Shown here piece after piece: positions 18,389 through 28,786 of a DNA stretch of 64,000 nucleotides. The position numbers and the translations under genes are program-made. A model generated the notes under the pieces. It was not told the DNA's origin. It made no database searches and saw only the letters and a list, made by a program, of their open reading frames with translations. Source of the DNA: Oxalobacteraceae bacterium UBA6704 (GTDB taxonomy: Bacteria; Pseudomonadota; Gammaproteobacteria; Burkholderiales; Burkholderiaceae_D); the NCBI GenBank assembly GCA_002454505.1, contig DKJA01000148.1, positions 877 to 64,876 of the forward strand, given 5' to 3'. Position 1 is the first letter of the stretch. The number at the start of each line of letters is the position of its first letter.

Positions 18389-19312
18389 CTACTCCGCGTT
18401 GCCCGGCACGGCCCACCGCAGGCCGCGCGTGATGATCGCCGGCGGCGCCGTCAGCACGTCCTCGTCGCGCACGATGTAGTGGTCGATCTTCAGGTTCGGG
18501 TAGTTGCGCGACTTCAGCGTGCCCGCATACGCGCGCAGGTCGCGCAGCAGGTCGTATTCCTTGTTGTACTGCGGGCCCGGCTTGATGGTTTCGTACGAGC
18601 CGGCCGCAAACAGCACGTTGGCCTTGATATCCTTGTGTTCGAGCGCGAACAGCCGCTCGCGCTCGAACATCACGCGCTTGTTGAACCACAGCGAAGGGCT
18701 GCCCAGCACGTAGTTCTCGAACATGGGCTGTTCGTTCAGCAGCATCTCCAGGCCCAGCAGCGCGCCGTAGGAATGGCCGATGAAGGTCTTGCGGTTCATG
18801 TCGGCACGGTAGTGCCTGGCCACTATCGGGAACACCTGGTCGGCGATGAAGCGGCGATAAGCCTCGGCTTCGCCGTACTTCGGTTCGCGGCCGGGCATGT
18901 CCGACACCACGTCGGACGTGTCGGTGACGGTGGGCGTGTAGTCGCGGCGGCGGCTGTATTCGGCCGTGTCGCCGTTCGCGTACGACAGGCCGACGAGGAT
19001 GAATTCGCCGATGGCGCGGCCGTTGCGGCTGGCGCGGGCGCCGATCGCGCGCGTCATCGGGAACGCGTACGGCGCATCGGTAACAAAAACGACGGGATAG
19101 CTGCGCCCCGATTTCGCGTACGAGCGGGGCAGGCTGACATAGATCTGGTAATCGCGCTGCAGGCTTTTCGCGCGCACCGTCCGCACCTCGGTACCTTCCA
19201 GCACATACGGTGCGCCTTCGAGAGCGACGGTGCCGCCCTGCGCCTGCGCGCCGCCATGCGTCAAGCCCAGCGCGGCCAGGCCAAGAACAAATGCGAGGAC
19301 GGATTTTTTCAT
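18389..19312 (-). CDS. Exported alpha/beta-hydrolase (IroE/BesA-like putative esterase)
   Basis: Signal peptide MKKSVLAFVLG; YQIYVSLP.SY, YPVVFVTD, RRRDYTP, GHSYGA nucleophile elbow, GSPSLW. Confidence 0.85.
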   Translation of the reverse strand: MKKSVLAFVLGLAALGLTHGGAQAQGGTVALEGAPYVLEGTEVRTVRAKSLQRDYQIYVSLPRSYAKSGRSYPVVFVTDAPYAFPMTRAIGARASRNGRAIGEFILVGLSYANGDTAEYSRRRDYTPTVTDTSDVVSDMPGREPKYGEAEAYRRFIADQVFPIVARHYRADMNRKTFIGHSYGALLGLEMLLNEQPMFENYVLGSPSLWFNKRVMFERERLFALEHKDIKANVLFAAGSYETIKPGPQYNKEYDLLRDLRAYAGTLKSRNYPNLKIDHYIVRDEDVLTAPPAIITRGLRWAVPGNAE

Positions 19313-19370
19313 CGGATCGGCATGGCAAAAAGCCAATTATCGCCCATTTGCCGGCCTGTGTGACCGCTCA

Positions 19371-19408
19371 GTTACAAGCCGCTACATGCCCGCTACATGC
19401 CTGTTACA
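19371..19408 (-). promoter_or_regulatory. Array of four TGTA(A/G)C direct repeats upstream of the hydrolase
   Basis: GTTACA/GCTACA/GCTACA/GTTACA start at 19371, 19381, 19392 and 19403 (10-11 bp period). Confidence 0.5.
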
Positions 19409-20240
19409 GCATCAGCACCGCGTACAGCGACTCCACCTCGGTGCGCGACTCGGCGAGAATTGCGTGCAGCGTACCGTCGCCGACGGCGAAATCGATCGTG
19501 CGCGCCGCCTGCGGCGTGGTGGCGCCGGGCCGCGTGTGCATCGGCGATGCGATGGGCGCCAGGTCGTCGGCCAGCAGCAGCGTGTCGCCCAGCGTTTCCG
19601 GCGGCAGCGCGCGCATGCCGGCCCACATGGCTTCCACGGCCCGCACCACGGGTTCCGGCACCATCAGTGCCGCCAGCACGGCGCGGCCGATCGGCTCTTC
19701 GCCATGCCCGACCCAGTCCTCCGGCTCGCCGTCGAGCAGGCCGGGGAATTCCCCGGCGCACGACAGCATGTAGAAGGCGCCCACTTCATGGACGATGCCG
19801 GCAAACAGCGCGGTATCCGGATCGACATGCGTGACGCGGCGCGCGATCACCTGCGCCAGCGCGGCCGTGTGCGCGGCATGCTCCCACAGCCGCGCGGTGC
19901 GGGCCTGCAGGTCCGCATCGGTCAGCTGGCTGCCCAGCTGGCGGACGATCAGCGCGGCCACCAGCGACTGCAGCGTGCGCACGCCGAGGCGCTGCACGGC
20001 CGAGCGGACGCTGGAGATTTCGGTGCCGGAGCGGTTATAGGCGACGGAGTTGGCAATGGCCACGGTGCGCGCGGCCAGCAGCGGGTCGGCCTGGATCAGG
20101 CGCGCCGCCGTATCGACATGGCAGTCGGGATCGACCAGTGTCTGCTGCAGCCGGATCGAGGCTTCCACATTGGCCGGGAAGGCGAGTTCGCCGCGGCTCG
20201 CCCGAGCTGCGATGGTCTTGAAGGCGTCCAGTCTGTCCAT
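19404..20240 (-). CDS. Stand-alone HDOD domain protein
   Basis: DPLLAARTVAIANSVAY, AVQRLG, LWEHAAHTAALA, ALFAGIVHEVG. Likely start ATG 20240. Confidence 0.88.
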   Translation of the reverse strand: MDRLDAFKTIAARASRGELAFPANVEASIRLQQTLVDPDCHVDTAARLIQADPLLAARTVAIANSVAYNRSGTEISSVRSAVQRLGVRTLQSLVAALIVRQLGSQLTDADLQARTARLWEHAAHTAALAQVIARRVTHVDPDTALFAGIVHEVGAFYMLSCAGEFPGLLDGEPEDWVGHGEEPIGRAVLAALMVPEPVVRAVEAMWAGMRALPPETLGDTLLLADDLAPIASPMHTRPGATTPQAARTIDFAVGDGTLHAILAESRTEVESLYAVLML

Positions 20241-20398
20241 CGGTATTGGCTGTGTGACGATGCCGCACGCGCGCCAGGGTGGCGCGCTGTTTGCATCGAA
20301 GGTTACCGCCAAAAATTATACGCCCAATATTTCCTTGAGGAATCATTGATGGCGATATTTTATTGCTGAACAGACTGCCGGTGTTGCGTGAAAGCCGC

Positions 20399-20683
20399 TC
20401 AGCCCTGGCGGAAAATGGCGTCGCAACCTTCTTCGGTGCCTTCGGCATCGGCCAGTTCGTCGACCAGTTCCAGGTCTTCCAGTTCTTCCACGGCATTGGT
20501 GAAGCTGTTGTGCTTGGTGGCGCCGATCAGGCGGTAGATGTCGCCGTCTTCGTTGCGCACGCCGATCAGCAGCTTTTCCTTGCGGACTTCGTCTTCGGTG
20601 GTGGCTTCCACCAGCAGGTTGCCGGTGATCTGTTTGTCGAATTGGGCCGGCGTCACGCCGTCGAGCAGGGTAGTTTTCAGCAT
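20399..20683 (-). CDS. Small acidic hypothetical protein (94 aa)
   Basis: Typical codon usage; starts 4 bp after the MarR stop; D/E-rich C-terminus. Confidence 0.75.
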   Translation of the reverse strand: MLKTTLLDGVTPAQFDKQITGNLLVEATTEDEVRKEKLLIGVRNEDGDIYRLIGATKHNSFTNAVEELEDLELVDELADAEGTEEGCDAIFRQG

Positions 20684-20687
20684 TGTG

Positions 20688-21146
20688 TCATTCGTCGCAG
20701 TTGATATTGTCGGATGCAGCTTCGGTGACGATCACGCCGTGCAGGCGCGCCAGCACGCGTTCCAGCTCGTCGTAATCGGCAACGGTAAAGTGGGCGAACA
20801 CTTCGCCGCCGCGCGCGATCACGCGCGGGAAGACGTCGTTGAACAGCCGTTCGCCCTGGGGCGTCAGGCGGATGAACCAGCTGCGCTTGTCGCTGGCGCA
20901 GCGCTCGCGCGCCACCAGGCCTTTCTGTTCCAGGCGCTCGATGACGCCCGTCAGCGTGCCCTTGGTGATCAGCGTACGCCGGCCCAGCTCCTTGTACGGC
21001 ATGCCGGGCGTGTTGCCCAGCGTGGCGACGATGTCGAACTGGGCGTGTGTCAGGCCGTGCTCGCGCACATGCTGGCCGGACAGGCGCTCGAAGCCCTGCA
21101 TGCACTCCGCCAGCAGCCGGATACTTTTCAGATAGCGTTCCCCCAT
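20688..21146 (-). CDS. MarR-family transcriptional regulator
   Basis: GLTHAQFDIVATL, TKGTLTGVIERLEQKGLV.R...DKRSWFIRLTPQG. Confidence 0.93.
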   Translation of the reverse strand: MGERYLKSIRLLAECMQGFERLSGQHVREHGLTHAQFDIVATLGNTPGMPYKELGRRTLITKGTLTGVIERLEQKGLVARERCASDKRSWFIRLTPQGERLFNDVFPRVIARGGEVFAHFTVADYDELERVLARLHGVIVTEAASDNINCDE

Positions 21147-21309
21147 GGGGCGGATTATATCCGGGCAAGCCGGCGGGCGCCGTCCGCTGGCCGTCCCGCT
21201 GCGGCGGTGCTCGGGCCGCCGCCGTTTCCGCTATCATTACCGGCCATGCATCCGCACTCTCCGACCTCGCGCCAGACCTTGCTTCATTCACTGCCACTGG
21301 CGCCCACCG

Positions 21310-22251
21310 ATGTCCTTCGCTAACCTCTCCCGGCTGGCCGGCGAGCGGCCGCTGCGCATGCTGCTCGTCAACGCGGGCGAGGCGGACAACCTCACGTGGG
21401 CCGGCCTGGTCCAGCCGCTGGTGCTGGCCCGGCGCACGCTGAAACACGCCTTCGTGCTGGACGTGCACACGCCGGCCACGCTGCTGGCCGGCGCGGACGA
21501 AGGCTGGCACGTGGCGCTGCTCGTGGCAGACCAGCCGCTGCCGGCGCCGGCCGACGCGACGCTGCGCGCGCTGATCGGCCGCTGCCGCACGGCCCAGTAC
21601 TGGGGCGGCGTGGGCGCGGCCGTGCTGTGGCTGGCCGAGGCGGGCGTCGCCGGCGGCGTGCGTCTCGCCCTGCCATGGGCGCTGTATGCCGACACGGAAG
21701 ACATCACCGAACGCGCCATCCTGACGCCCCACCTGTACGAGCTGGATGGCCGCCACCTGAGCTGCTGCGGCGGCGCCGCCAGCACCGACTTTGCACTGAC
21801 GCTGATCGACTGCCTGTTCGGCGCCGGCATCCAGTCGGCCATCAAGGAAGCACTGTGCATCGACCGCGTGCGCGGCGCCGACGAGCGCCAGCGCGTGGCC
21901 CTGCAGGCCCGCTTCGGCGCACTGCAGCCGAAGCTGTCCGAAGCCGTGACATTGATGGAAGCCAATATCGAGGAACCACTGACCACCGACGACGTGGCGC
22001 AGCTGGTCGGCCTGTCGCGCCGCCAGCTGGAGCGGCTGTTCAAGCAATACCTGGGCAGCCTGCCGTCGCGCTACTACCTGGAGCTGCGCCTGCAGCGGGC
22101 CCGCCAGCTGCTGCTCGAGACCAATCATTCGATCGTGCAAGTCGGGCTCATGTGCGGCTTCTCGTCCGGCTCCCATTTCTCCACAGCATTCGGCGCCCTG
22201 TTCGGCAACACCCCCCGCGAAGAGCGGCAACGCAAGCTGGCCGCCGCCTGA
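21310..22251 (+). CDS. GlxA/AraC-family regulator, ArgR-like (arginine catabolism)
   Basis: DJ-1-like N-terminal domain; MEANIEEPL, SRRQLERLFKQYL, PSRYYLELRL, CGFSSGSHFSTAF resemble Pseudomonas ArgR; directly upstream of the ast operon. Confidence 0.85.
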   Translation: MSFANLSRLAGERPLRMLLVNAGEADNLTWAGLVQPLVLARRTLKHAFVLDVHTPATLLAGADEGWHVALLVADQPLPAPADATLRALIGRCRTAQYWGGVGAAVLWLAEAGVAGGVRLALPWALYADTEDITERAILTPHLYELDGRHLSCCGGAASTDFALTLIDCLFGAGIQSAIKEALCIDRVRGADERQRVALQARFGALQPKLSEAVTLMEANIEEPLTTDDVAQLVGLSRRQLERLFKQYLGSLPSRYYLELRLQRARQLLLETNHSIVQVGLMCGFSSGSHFSTAFGALFGNTPREERQRKLAAA

Positions 22252-22261
22252 GCGCACACAG

Positions 22262-22324
22262 AAAACCGGTGACAGGCACTCTTTTTCGAGAAAGACTTCG
22301 AAAAAAAGTGCCAGTCACCAAAAT
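22262..22324. repeat. REP-like palindrome (family B)
   Basis: GGTGACAGGCACTCTTTTTCGA-N8-TCGAAAAAAAGTGCCAGTCACC. Confidence 0.75.
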
Positions 22325-22334
22325 TGAAAATCCT

Positions 22335-22377
22335 TGTCGCAGATTCAAAAGAGTTTTAGCATCCCGCCTCTTACAAT
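22335..22377 (+). promoter_or_regulatory. ArgR-type half-site and -10 element of the ast promoter
   Basis: TGTCGC-N8-AA (22335-22350) matches the Pseudomonas ArgR half-site pattern; TACAAT at 22372-22377. Confidence 0.5.
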
Positions 22378-22411
22378 CCAGACTCACCTCTTACCTTGAT
22401 GGGGAATGCCA

Positions 22412-23656
22412 ATGAACGCCAAGCTCGATACCACCGCCACCACTCGCCCGGTCACCCGGCAGACTTACGATGAAGTGCTCGTGCCGACGTACGCACCGGC
22501 CGCGATGGTGCCCGTGCGAGCAGCCGGCCTGGAACTGTGGGACCAGGAAGGCAAGCGTTACCTGGATTTCACGTCCGGCATCGCCGTGGCGGCGCTGGGC
22601 CATTGCAATCCCGCCGTCGTTGCCGCGCTGACGAAGCAGGCCAACACGCTGTGGCACCTCGGTAACGGCTACACCAACGAACCGGTGCTGCGCCTCGGCC
22701 TGGCGATGACGGAAGCGACGTTCGCCGACCGCGCCTTCTTCTGCAACTCCGGCGCCGAAGCCAACGAGGCCGCGCTCAAGCTGGCCCGCAAGCACGCGCA
22801 CACGAAGTTCGGCGCGCACAAGACGCGCATCGTGTCGTGCCTGAATTCCTTCCACGGCCGCACGCTGTTCACGGTGTCCGTCGGCGGCCAGTCGAAATAC
22901 ACGGAAGGCTTCGAGCCGCTGCCGCCGTCGCTGGACCACATCCCGTACAACGACATCGAAGCGGCGCGTGCCGCCATCGGCGACGACGTGTGCGCGGTGA
23001 TCGTCGAGCCGGTGCAGGGCGAGGGCGGCGTCATGCCAGGTAATCCGGAATACCTGCAGGAGCTGCGCGCGCTGTGCGACAAGACCGGCGCGCTGCTGAT
23101 CTTCGATGAAGTGCAATCGGGCATGGGCCGCACCGGTTCGCTGTTCGCCTACATGGGCTACGGCGTCACGCCGGACATCCTGACGTCGGCGAAAGCCCTC
23201 GGCAACGGCTTCCCGATCGCCGCGATGCTGACCACCCACGAACTGGCGCAGACGCTGTCCGTCGGCACCCACGGCACCACGTACGGCGGCAACCCGCTGG
23301 CCACCACCGTGGCGCTGACCGTGTTCGAGACGATCAACCAGCCCGCCTTCCTGGCGCGCGTGAAAGAAGCGAGCCTGTACCTGATCGACAAGCTGGAAGG
23401 CGTGATCCGCGACTACCCGCAGGTGTTCACCACCGTGCGCGGCGCCGGCCTGCTGCTGGGCCTCGTCGTGGCCGACGAATTCAAGGGCCGCTCGAAGGAC
23501 ATCCAGCGCGCCGCCGAAGCGGAAGGCCTGATGGTGCTGATCGCCGGTCCGGACGTGCTGCGCCTGGCGCCGGCACTGATCGTCACCGACGCGCAGATCG
23601 ACGAGGCGATCGGCCTGCTGACCAAGGGCATCGACGCGCTGCTGGCCGCCAAATAA
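22412..23656 (+). CDS. astC: Succinylornithine/acetylornithine aminotransferase
   Basis: Class III aminotransferase motifs FCNSGAEANEAALK, FHGRT, FDEVQSGMGRTG, SAKALGNG, HGTTYGGNPL; first gene of the ast cluster. Confidence 0.92.
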   Translation: MNAKLDTTATTRPVTRQTYDEVLVPTYAPAAMVPVRAAGLELWDQEGKRYLDFTSGIAVAALGHCNPAVVAALTKQANTLWHLGNGYTNEPVLRLGLAMTEATFADRAFFCNSGAEANEAALKLARKHAHTKFGAHKTRIVSCLNSFHGRTLFTVSVGGQSKYTEGFEPLPPSLDHIPYNDIEAARAAIGDDVCAVIVEPVQGEGGVMPGNPEYLQELRALCDKTGALLIFDEVQSGMGRTGSLFAYMGYGVTPDILTSAKALGNGFPIAAMLTTHELAQTLSVGTHGTTYGGNPLATTVALTVFETINQPAFLARVKEASLYLIDKLEGVIRDYPQVFTTVRGAGLLLGLVVADEFKGRSKDIQRAAEAEGLMVLIAGPDVLRLAPALIVTDAQIDEAIGLLTKGIDALLAAK

Positions 23657-23737
23657 GCCGGCAGCACGCTCCCGGCGTCGTCCATCACCGCCCGCCTGCA
23701 GTCGCAGCGGGCGTTCTCATTATCCAGAGGAGTGCCC

Positions 23738-24769
23738 ATGTACGTCGTCCGTCCGGTAGAAACCGCGGATATCGCCGCACTCGAAGCGCTGGCCGCCGTG
23801 GCGATGCCGGGCGTGCACACGCTGCCGCGCAGTGCCGACCGGATCGAGCTGGCCGTCGAACGGTCGCTGGCCTCGTTTGCCGCGCAGGTGGATATTCCCA
23901 GCGAAGAGTCCTATCTGTTCGTGCTGGAGTCGCTGGCTGACCGCCGCATCGTCGGCACCGCGTCGATCTTCGCATCGGCCGGCAGCAACGGCACCTATTT
24001 CTCGTTCCGTAACGACGTGATCCAGCAGGTGTCGCGCGACCTGAACATCAGCCACAGCGTGCATGCGCTGACGCTGTGTTCCGAACTCACCGCCTACTCG
24101 CACCTCTCGTCGTTCTACGTGGACGGCGCGGTGCAGGCGCGCCCGGAGGCGGCGCTGCTGTCGCGCTCCCGGCTGCTGTATGCCTTCCAGAACCCGCGCC
24201 GCTTCGGCGACCGCTTCTTCGTGCCGCTGGCCGGCGTCACCGACGACAACGGCGAATCGCCGTTCTGGAACGCGCTGGGCCGCAAGTTCTTCAAGATGGA
24301 TTTCCTCGAAGCGGAGCGCATCATCGGCGGCGCGCGTAACCGCACGCTGATCGTCGAACTGATGCCGCATTACCCCGTGTACGTGCCCCTGTTGCCCGGC
24401 GATGCGCAGGCCGTGATGGGCCAGATCCATCCGTCCGGCGAACTGGCGTTCAACCTGCTCACCGCCGAAGGCTTCGAAGCCGACGAATACGTGGACATCT
24501 TCGACGGCGGCCCGATCCTGCAGGCGCACAAGCACGCGCTGCGCACGTTCACCGAATCGCAGGTGCTGCGCGTGCGCACCGCGCCATCGACAGCCAACCG
24601 GGGCGACCGCTTCAACTATGCGATCGCCAATGGCGCCGGTGCCGCATTCCGCGCGGTGACGATCACGTGCCCGGACCTGGATGGCGTCGAAGCCGTGGCG
24701 CTGACGCCCGAAGTCCAGGACATCCTGCGCGTCGCCGACGGCGACAGCGTGACCTGCGTACGCATCTGA
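23738..24769 (+). CDS. aruF: Arginine/ornithine succinyltransferase alpha subunit
   Basis: AstA-like: ESYLFVLE, SPFWNALGRKFF.MDF, LIVELMPHYPVYVPLL, YVDIFDGGP. Confidence 0.85.
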   Translation: MYVVRPVETADIAALEALAAVAMPGVHTLPRSADRIELAVERSLASFAAQVDIPSEESYLFVLESLADRRIVGTASIFASAGSNGTYFSFRNDVIQQVSRDLNISHSVHALTLCSELTAYSHLSSFYVDGAVQARPEAALLSRSRLLYAFQNPRRFGDRFFVPLAGVTDDNGESPFWNALGRKFFKMDFLEAERIIGGARNRTLIVELMPHYPVYVPLLPGDAQAVMGQIHPSGELAFNLLTAEGFEADEYVDIFDGGPILQAHKHALRTFTESQVLRVRTAPSTANRGDRFNYAIANGAGAAFRAVTITCPDLDGVEAVALTPEVQDILRVADGDSVTCVRI

Positions 24770-24779
24770 GGAGACACCT

Positions 24780-25829
24780 ATGCTCGTAGTACGCGCCATC
24801 AACGACAAAGACCTGGACGCCCTGTACGGCCTGGCCAGCCAGGTGGGCACCGGCATGACCACGCTGAAACCGGACATGAAGATGCTGGGCGACCGGCTGG
24901 CCACCGCCTGCGCATCGTTCGCCGAAACGATCCCGCCGGAAGAACGCGACTACATGTTCGTGATGGAGGACACCACGTCGGGCCGGCTGGCCGGCGTGTG
25001 CGCCATCAAGGGCGCCGTGGGCCTGACGGAGCCGTTCTATAACTACCGCATCGGCACGCTGGTGCACTCCAGCCGCGAGCTGAACGTGTTCACGCGGATG
25101 GAAACGCTGTACCTGTCGAACGACCTCACGGGGTCGTCGGAACTGTGCTCGCTGTTCCTGCACCCGGACTACCGGCAGGGCCACAACGGCAAGCTGCTGT
25201 CGAAGAGCCGCTTCCTGTTCATCGCCCAGTTCCCGCACCTGTTCACGCAGAAGATCATCGCCGAGATGCGCGGCTACCAGGCCGAGGACGGCACGTCGCC
25301 GTTCTACGAAGGCCTGGGCCGCCACTTCTTCAAGATGGACTTCCACCACGTGGACGACCTGACGGCGCTGGGCAAGAAATCGTTCATCGCCGAACTGATG
25401 CCGCGCCAGCCGCTGTACATCGACTACCTGCCGCAGGAAGCCCAGGACGTCGTCGGCGCCGTGCACAATTCCACCGCGCCGGCGCGCCGCCTGCTGGAGC
25501 AGGAAGGCATGCATTACGAAGGCTACGTGGACATCTTCGACGCGGGCCCCGTGCTGCAGGCGCGCGTTTCCGAACTGCGCGCGATCCGCGACAGCGAACT
25601 GGCGCAGGTCGGGCCGGACACGGACACGGCTCACGCGTGTGCACCGGCCAACGCGGAGCCCACGCTCGTGTCGAACACGACGCTGAAGGATTTCCGCATG
25701 GTGGTCACCACCGCCAGCACCAACAACGGCAGCATCGACCTGTCGGCCGAGGACCTGCGGCTGCTGAACTGCCGCGCCGGCGACACCGTGCGCACGCTGC
25801 CACTGAACGTCAAGAAAAACCACGCGTAA
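24780..25829 (+). CDS. astA: Arginine N-succinyltransferase (beta subunit, AruG/AstA)
   Basis: LSNDLTGSSELCSLFL, LLSKSRFLFIA, IAEMRG, KSFIAELMP. Confidence 0.93.
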   Translation: MLVVRAINDKDLDALYGLASQVGTGMTTLKPDMKMLGDRLATACASFAETIPPEERDYMFVMEDTTSGRLAGVCAIKGAVGLTEPFYNYRIGTLVHSSRELNVFTRMETLYLSNDLTGSSELCSLFLHPDYRQGHNGKLLSKSRFLFIAQFPHLFTQKIIAEMRGYQAEDGTSPFYEGLGRHFFKMDFHHVDDLTALGKKSFIAELMPRQPLYIDYLPQEAQDVVGAVHNSTAPARRLLEQEGMHYEGYVDIFDAGPVLQARVSELRAIRDSELAQVGPDTDTAHACAPANAEPTLVSNTTLKDFRMVVTTASTNNGSIDLSAEDLRLLNCRAGDTVRTLPLNVKKNHA

Positions 25830-25838
25830 GGACGCATC

Positions 25839-27326
25839 ATGTCTGAAACCATGCCCGAACAAGCCCTGAGCAATTTCATCGCCGGCCAATGGCAGGCCGG
25901 CAGCGGCGAGCAGCTGGTCACCGTCAACCCGGCCACCGGCCGGCAGACGTGGCAAAGCAATGCCGCCACGCCGGCCGACGTGGCCGCCGCATCGGCCGCC
26001 GCGCGCGCCGCCTTCGACGCGTGGGCCGAACGCCCGCTGGCCGAGCGCAGCGCCATCGTGACAAAGTTCCGCGACCTGCTGAAGGAAAACGCCGAGGAGC
26101 TGGCCGCGCTGATCGCCGAGGAAGTGGGTAAGCCCATGTGGGAAGCCCGCACCGAAGTGACGACGATGGCCAACAAGGTGGACATCTCGCTGCAGTCCTA
26201 CGGCGCCCGCACGGGCGAGGCGCGCAACAAGGTGGCCGATGGCGAAGCCGTGCTGCGCCACCGGCCGCATGGCGTGTTCGGCGTGTTCGGTCCCTACAAC
26301 TTCCCCGGCCACCTGCCGAACGGCCACATCGTGCCGGCGCTGATCGCCGGGAACACGGTGGTGTTCAAGCCGAGCGAATATGCGCCGCGCACCGCCATCA
26401 AGACGGTGCAGCTGTGGGAACAGGCCGGCGTGCCGCTTGGTGTGATCAACCTGGTCAACGGCGGCCGCGATACCGGCGTCGCGCTGGGTCAGGACGGCAA
26501 TCTCGATGGCGTGCTGTTCACCGGCAGCAGCCAGACGGGCGCCGCGCTGCACCGCCAGTTCGGCGGCCAGCCGGGCAAGCTGCTGGCGCTGGAAATGGGC
26601 GGCAACAATCCGCTCGTCGTGTGGGACGTGCAGGACATCGACGCGGCCGTGTTCATGGCCATCCAGTCGGCCTTCATCTCGGCCGGCCAGCGCTGCACGT
26701 GCGCGCGCCGCCTGGTCGTGCAGACGGGCGAAAAGGGCGATGCGTTCGTCGCCCGCCTGGTGGACGTCGCGTCGAAAATCGTCGCCGGCGAGTCGCATGC
26801 GGAACCGCAGCCGTTCATGGGCCCCGTCGTTTCCGCCGCCGTGGCGGAAAAGCTGGTGCAGGCGCAGGCGGACATGGTCGCCAGGGGCGGCAAGCTGCTG
26901 CTGGAAATGAAGCAGCTGCAGGCCGGCACGGGCTTCGTCTCGGCCGGCATCGTCGACGTGACCAACGCGCAGGGCATTCCGGACGAAGAGTGGTTCGGCC
27001 CGCTGCTGCAGATTTACCGCACGGACGATTTCGACCAGGCGCTGCGCATCGCCAACGACACGCAGTTCGGCCTGGCCGCCGCGCTGCTGTCGAACGACGC
27101 GGCGCTGTGGGACAGGTTCCAGCTGCGCGCCCGCGCCGGCATCGTCAACTGGAACCGCCCGACGACGGGCGCGGCCAGCTCGGCGCCGTTCGGCGGCGTC
27201 GGCAAGTCCGGCAACCACCGCCCGAGCGCCTACTACGCGGCGGACTACTGCGCCTACCCGGTCGCGTCGATCGAGAACGGCGCGCTGGAAATGCCGGCCA
27301 AGCTGTCGCCCGGCCTGACGTTCTGA
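25839..27326 (+). CDS. astD: Succinylglutamate-semialdehyde dehydrogenase
   Basis: [52 protein letters not shown]. Confidence 0.96.
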   Translation: MSETMPEQALSNFIAGQWQAGSGEQLVTVNPATGRQTWQSNAATPADVAAASAAARAAFDAWAERPLAERSAIVTKFRDLLKENAEELAALIAEEVGKPMWEARTEVTTMANKVDISLQSYGARTGEARNKVADGEAVLRHRPHGVFGVFGPYNFPGHLPNGHIVPALIAGNTVVFKPSEYAPRTAIKTVQLWEQAGVPLGVINLVNGGRDTGVALGQDGNLDGVLFTGSSQTGAALHRQFGGQPGKLLALEMGGNNPLVVWDVQDIDAAVFMAIQSAFISAGQRCTCARRLVVQTGEKGDAFVARLVDVASKIVAGESHAEPQPFMGPVVSAAVAEKLVQAQADMVARGGKLLLEMKQLQAGTGFVSAGIVDVTNAQGIPDEEWFGPLLQIYRTDDFDQALRIANDTQFGLAAALLSNDAALWDRFQLRARAGIVNWNRPTTGAASSAPFGGVGKSGNHRPSAYYAADYCAYPVASIENGALEMPAKLSPGLTF

Positions 27327-27333
27327 GGCCGTC

Positions 27334-28671
27334 ATGACGACACGCGAATTCAATTTCGACGGGCTGGTCGGCCCGTCGCACAACTACGCCGGCCTCTCGT
27401 TCGGCAACGTCGCTTCGTTCAACAACGTCAAGAGCGCATCGAACCCGAAGCAGGCCGCCTTGCAAGGCCTGGCGAAGATGCGCGCGCTGGCCGCACGTGG
27501 CTTTGCGCAGGCCGTACTGCCGCCGCAGGCGCGCCCCAACTTCCGCCTGTTGCGCAGCCTCGGTTTCACGGGCAGCGATGCGGACGTGCTGGCCCGCGCA
27601 TATAAAGAGGCGCCGGTGATCCTGGCCTGCGCCTATTCGGCATCGCCGATGTGGACGGCCAATGCGGCCACCGTCAGCCCGTCGCGCGACACGGCAGATG
27701 GCCGGGTGCACTTCACGCCGGCGAACCTGAACAACAAGCTGCACCGCTCGCACGAGCACGAGCAGTCGGCCCGCATGCTGCGCGCCATCTTCAACGATGC
27801 GGCGCGCTTTGCCGTGCACGATGCGCTGCCGCCGACGCCGGCGTTCGGCGACGAAGGTGCCGCCAACCACACGCGGCTGGCTGCAAACCACGGCGCCGAT
27901 GCGGTGGAGATGTTCGTCTATGGTCGCGCCGAGTTCGACCCGGCCGCGCCGGCACCGAAGCGCTATCCCGCCCGCCAGACGCTGGAAGCCTCGGAAGCGG
28001 TGGCTCGGCTGCATGGCCTGGCCGAAGCGCGCACCGTGTACGTGCAGCAGAATCCGGACGTGATCGACCAGGGCGTGTTCCACAACGACGTGATCGCCGT
28101 CGGCAATGCCAACGTGCTGTTCTATCACGAGCAGGCGTTCGCCGACGAGCAGGGCGCGCTGCTGCAGCTGCGCCAGGCGCTCGACGGTGTCGATGCGGAG
28201 CTGGTGCCGATCCGCGTGGCGACCGGCCAGGTGGCCGTGGCGGATGCGGTGCAGAGCTACCTGTTCAACAGCCAGCTGTTGTCCAAGCCGGACGGAAAAA
28301 TGGCGCTGGTGATACCCCGCGAGTGCGAGGAAAACCCGGCCGTCGCCCGCTACTTGCACGAACTGGCGGCCAGCGGCGGCCCGGTCGATGAGCTGATCCA
28401 CTTCGACCTGCGGCAAAGCATGCGCAACGGCGGCGGGCCCGCCTGCCTGCGGTTGCGCGTGGCGCTGACCGATCAGGAGGCTGGTGCGATGCATCAGGGC
28501 GTGGTGATGACGGAGGAGCTGTACCACAAGCTCGTCGCCTGGGTGGAGCGCTACTACCGCGATTCGCTGGCACCGCAGGACCTGGCCGACCCTCTGCTCG
28601 CCATCGAGATCGGCGGCGCACTGGAGGAGCTGGAAAGAATACTGGGCCTGCCAGGTCTGTATGATCTGTAA
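27334..28671 (+). CDS. astB: N-succinylarginine dihydrolase
   Basis: [52 protein letters not shown]. Confidence 0.97.
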   Translation: MTTREFNFDGLVGPSHNYAGLSFGNVASFNNVKSASNPKQAALQGLAKMRALAARGFAQAVLPPQARPNFRLLRSLGFTGSDADVLARAYKEAPVILACAYSASPMWTANAATVSPSRDTADGRVHFTPANLNNKLHRSHEHEQSARMLRAIFNDAARFAVHDALPPTPAFGDEGAANHTRLAANHGADAVEMFVYGRAEFDPAAPAPKRYPARQTLEASEAVARLHGLAEARTVYVQQNPDVIDQGVFHNDVIAVGNANVLFYHEQAFADEQGALLQLRQALDGVDAELVPIRVATGQVAVADAVQSYLFNSQLLSKPDGKMALVIPRECEENPAVARYLHELAASGGPVDELIHFDLRQSMRNGGGPACLRLRVALTDQEAGAMHQGVVMTEELYHKLVAWVERYYRDSLAPQDLADPLLAIEIGGALEELERILGLPGLYDL

Positions 28672-28786
28672 ATTGACGAATTGAACCCAAGATGGGGCTG
28701 AGCGATCCTCGGCCCCATTGTTCCATGGGCGCCAGCCACGAGACGGGGCGCCCCGTACAACACGAAAACATATATTGGAGAAGCAG

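Noticed and set aside
22412..23656. Biosynthetic argD assignment
   Set aside because: Its position at the head of the ast genes favours catabolic astC/aruC, although it may be bifunctional.
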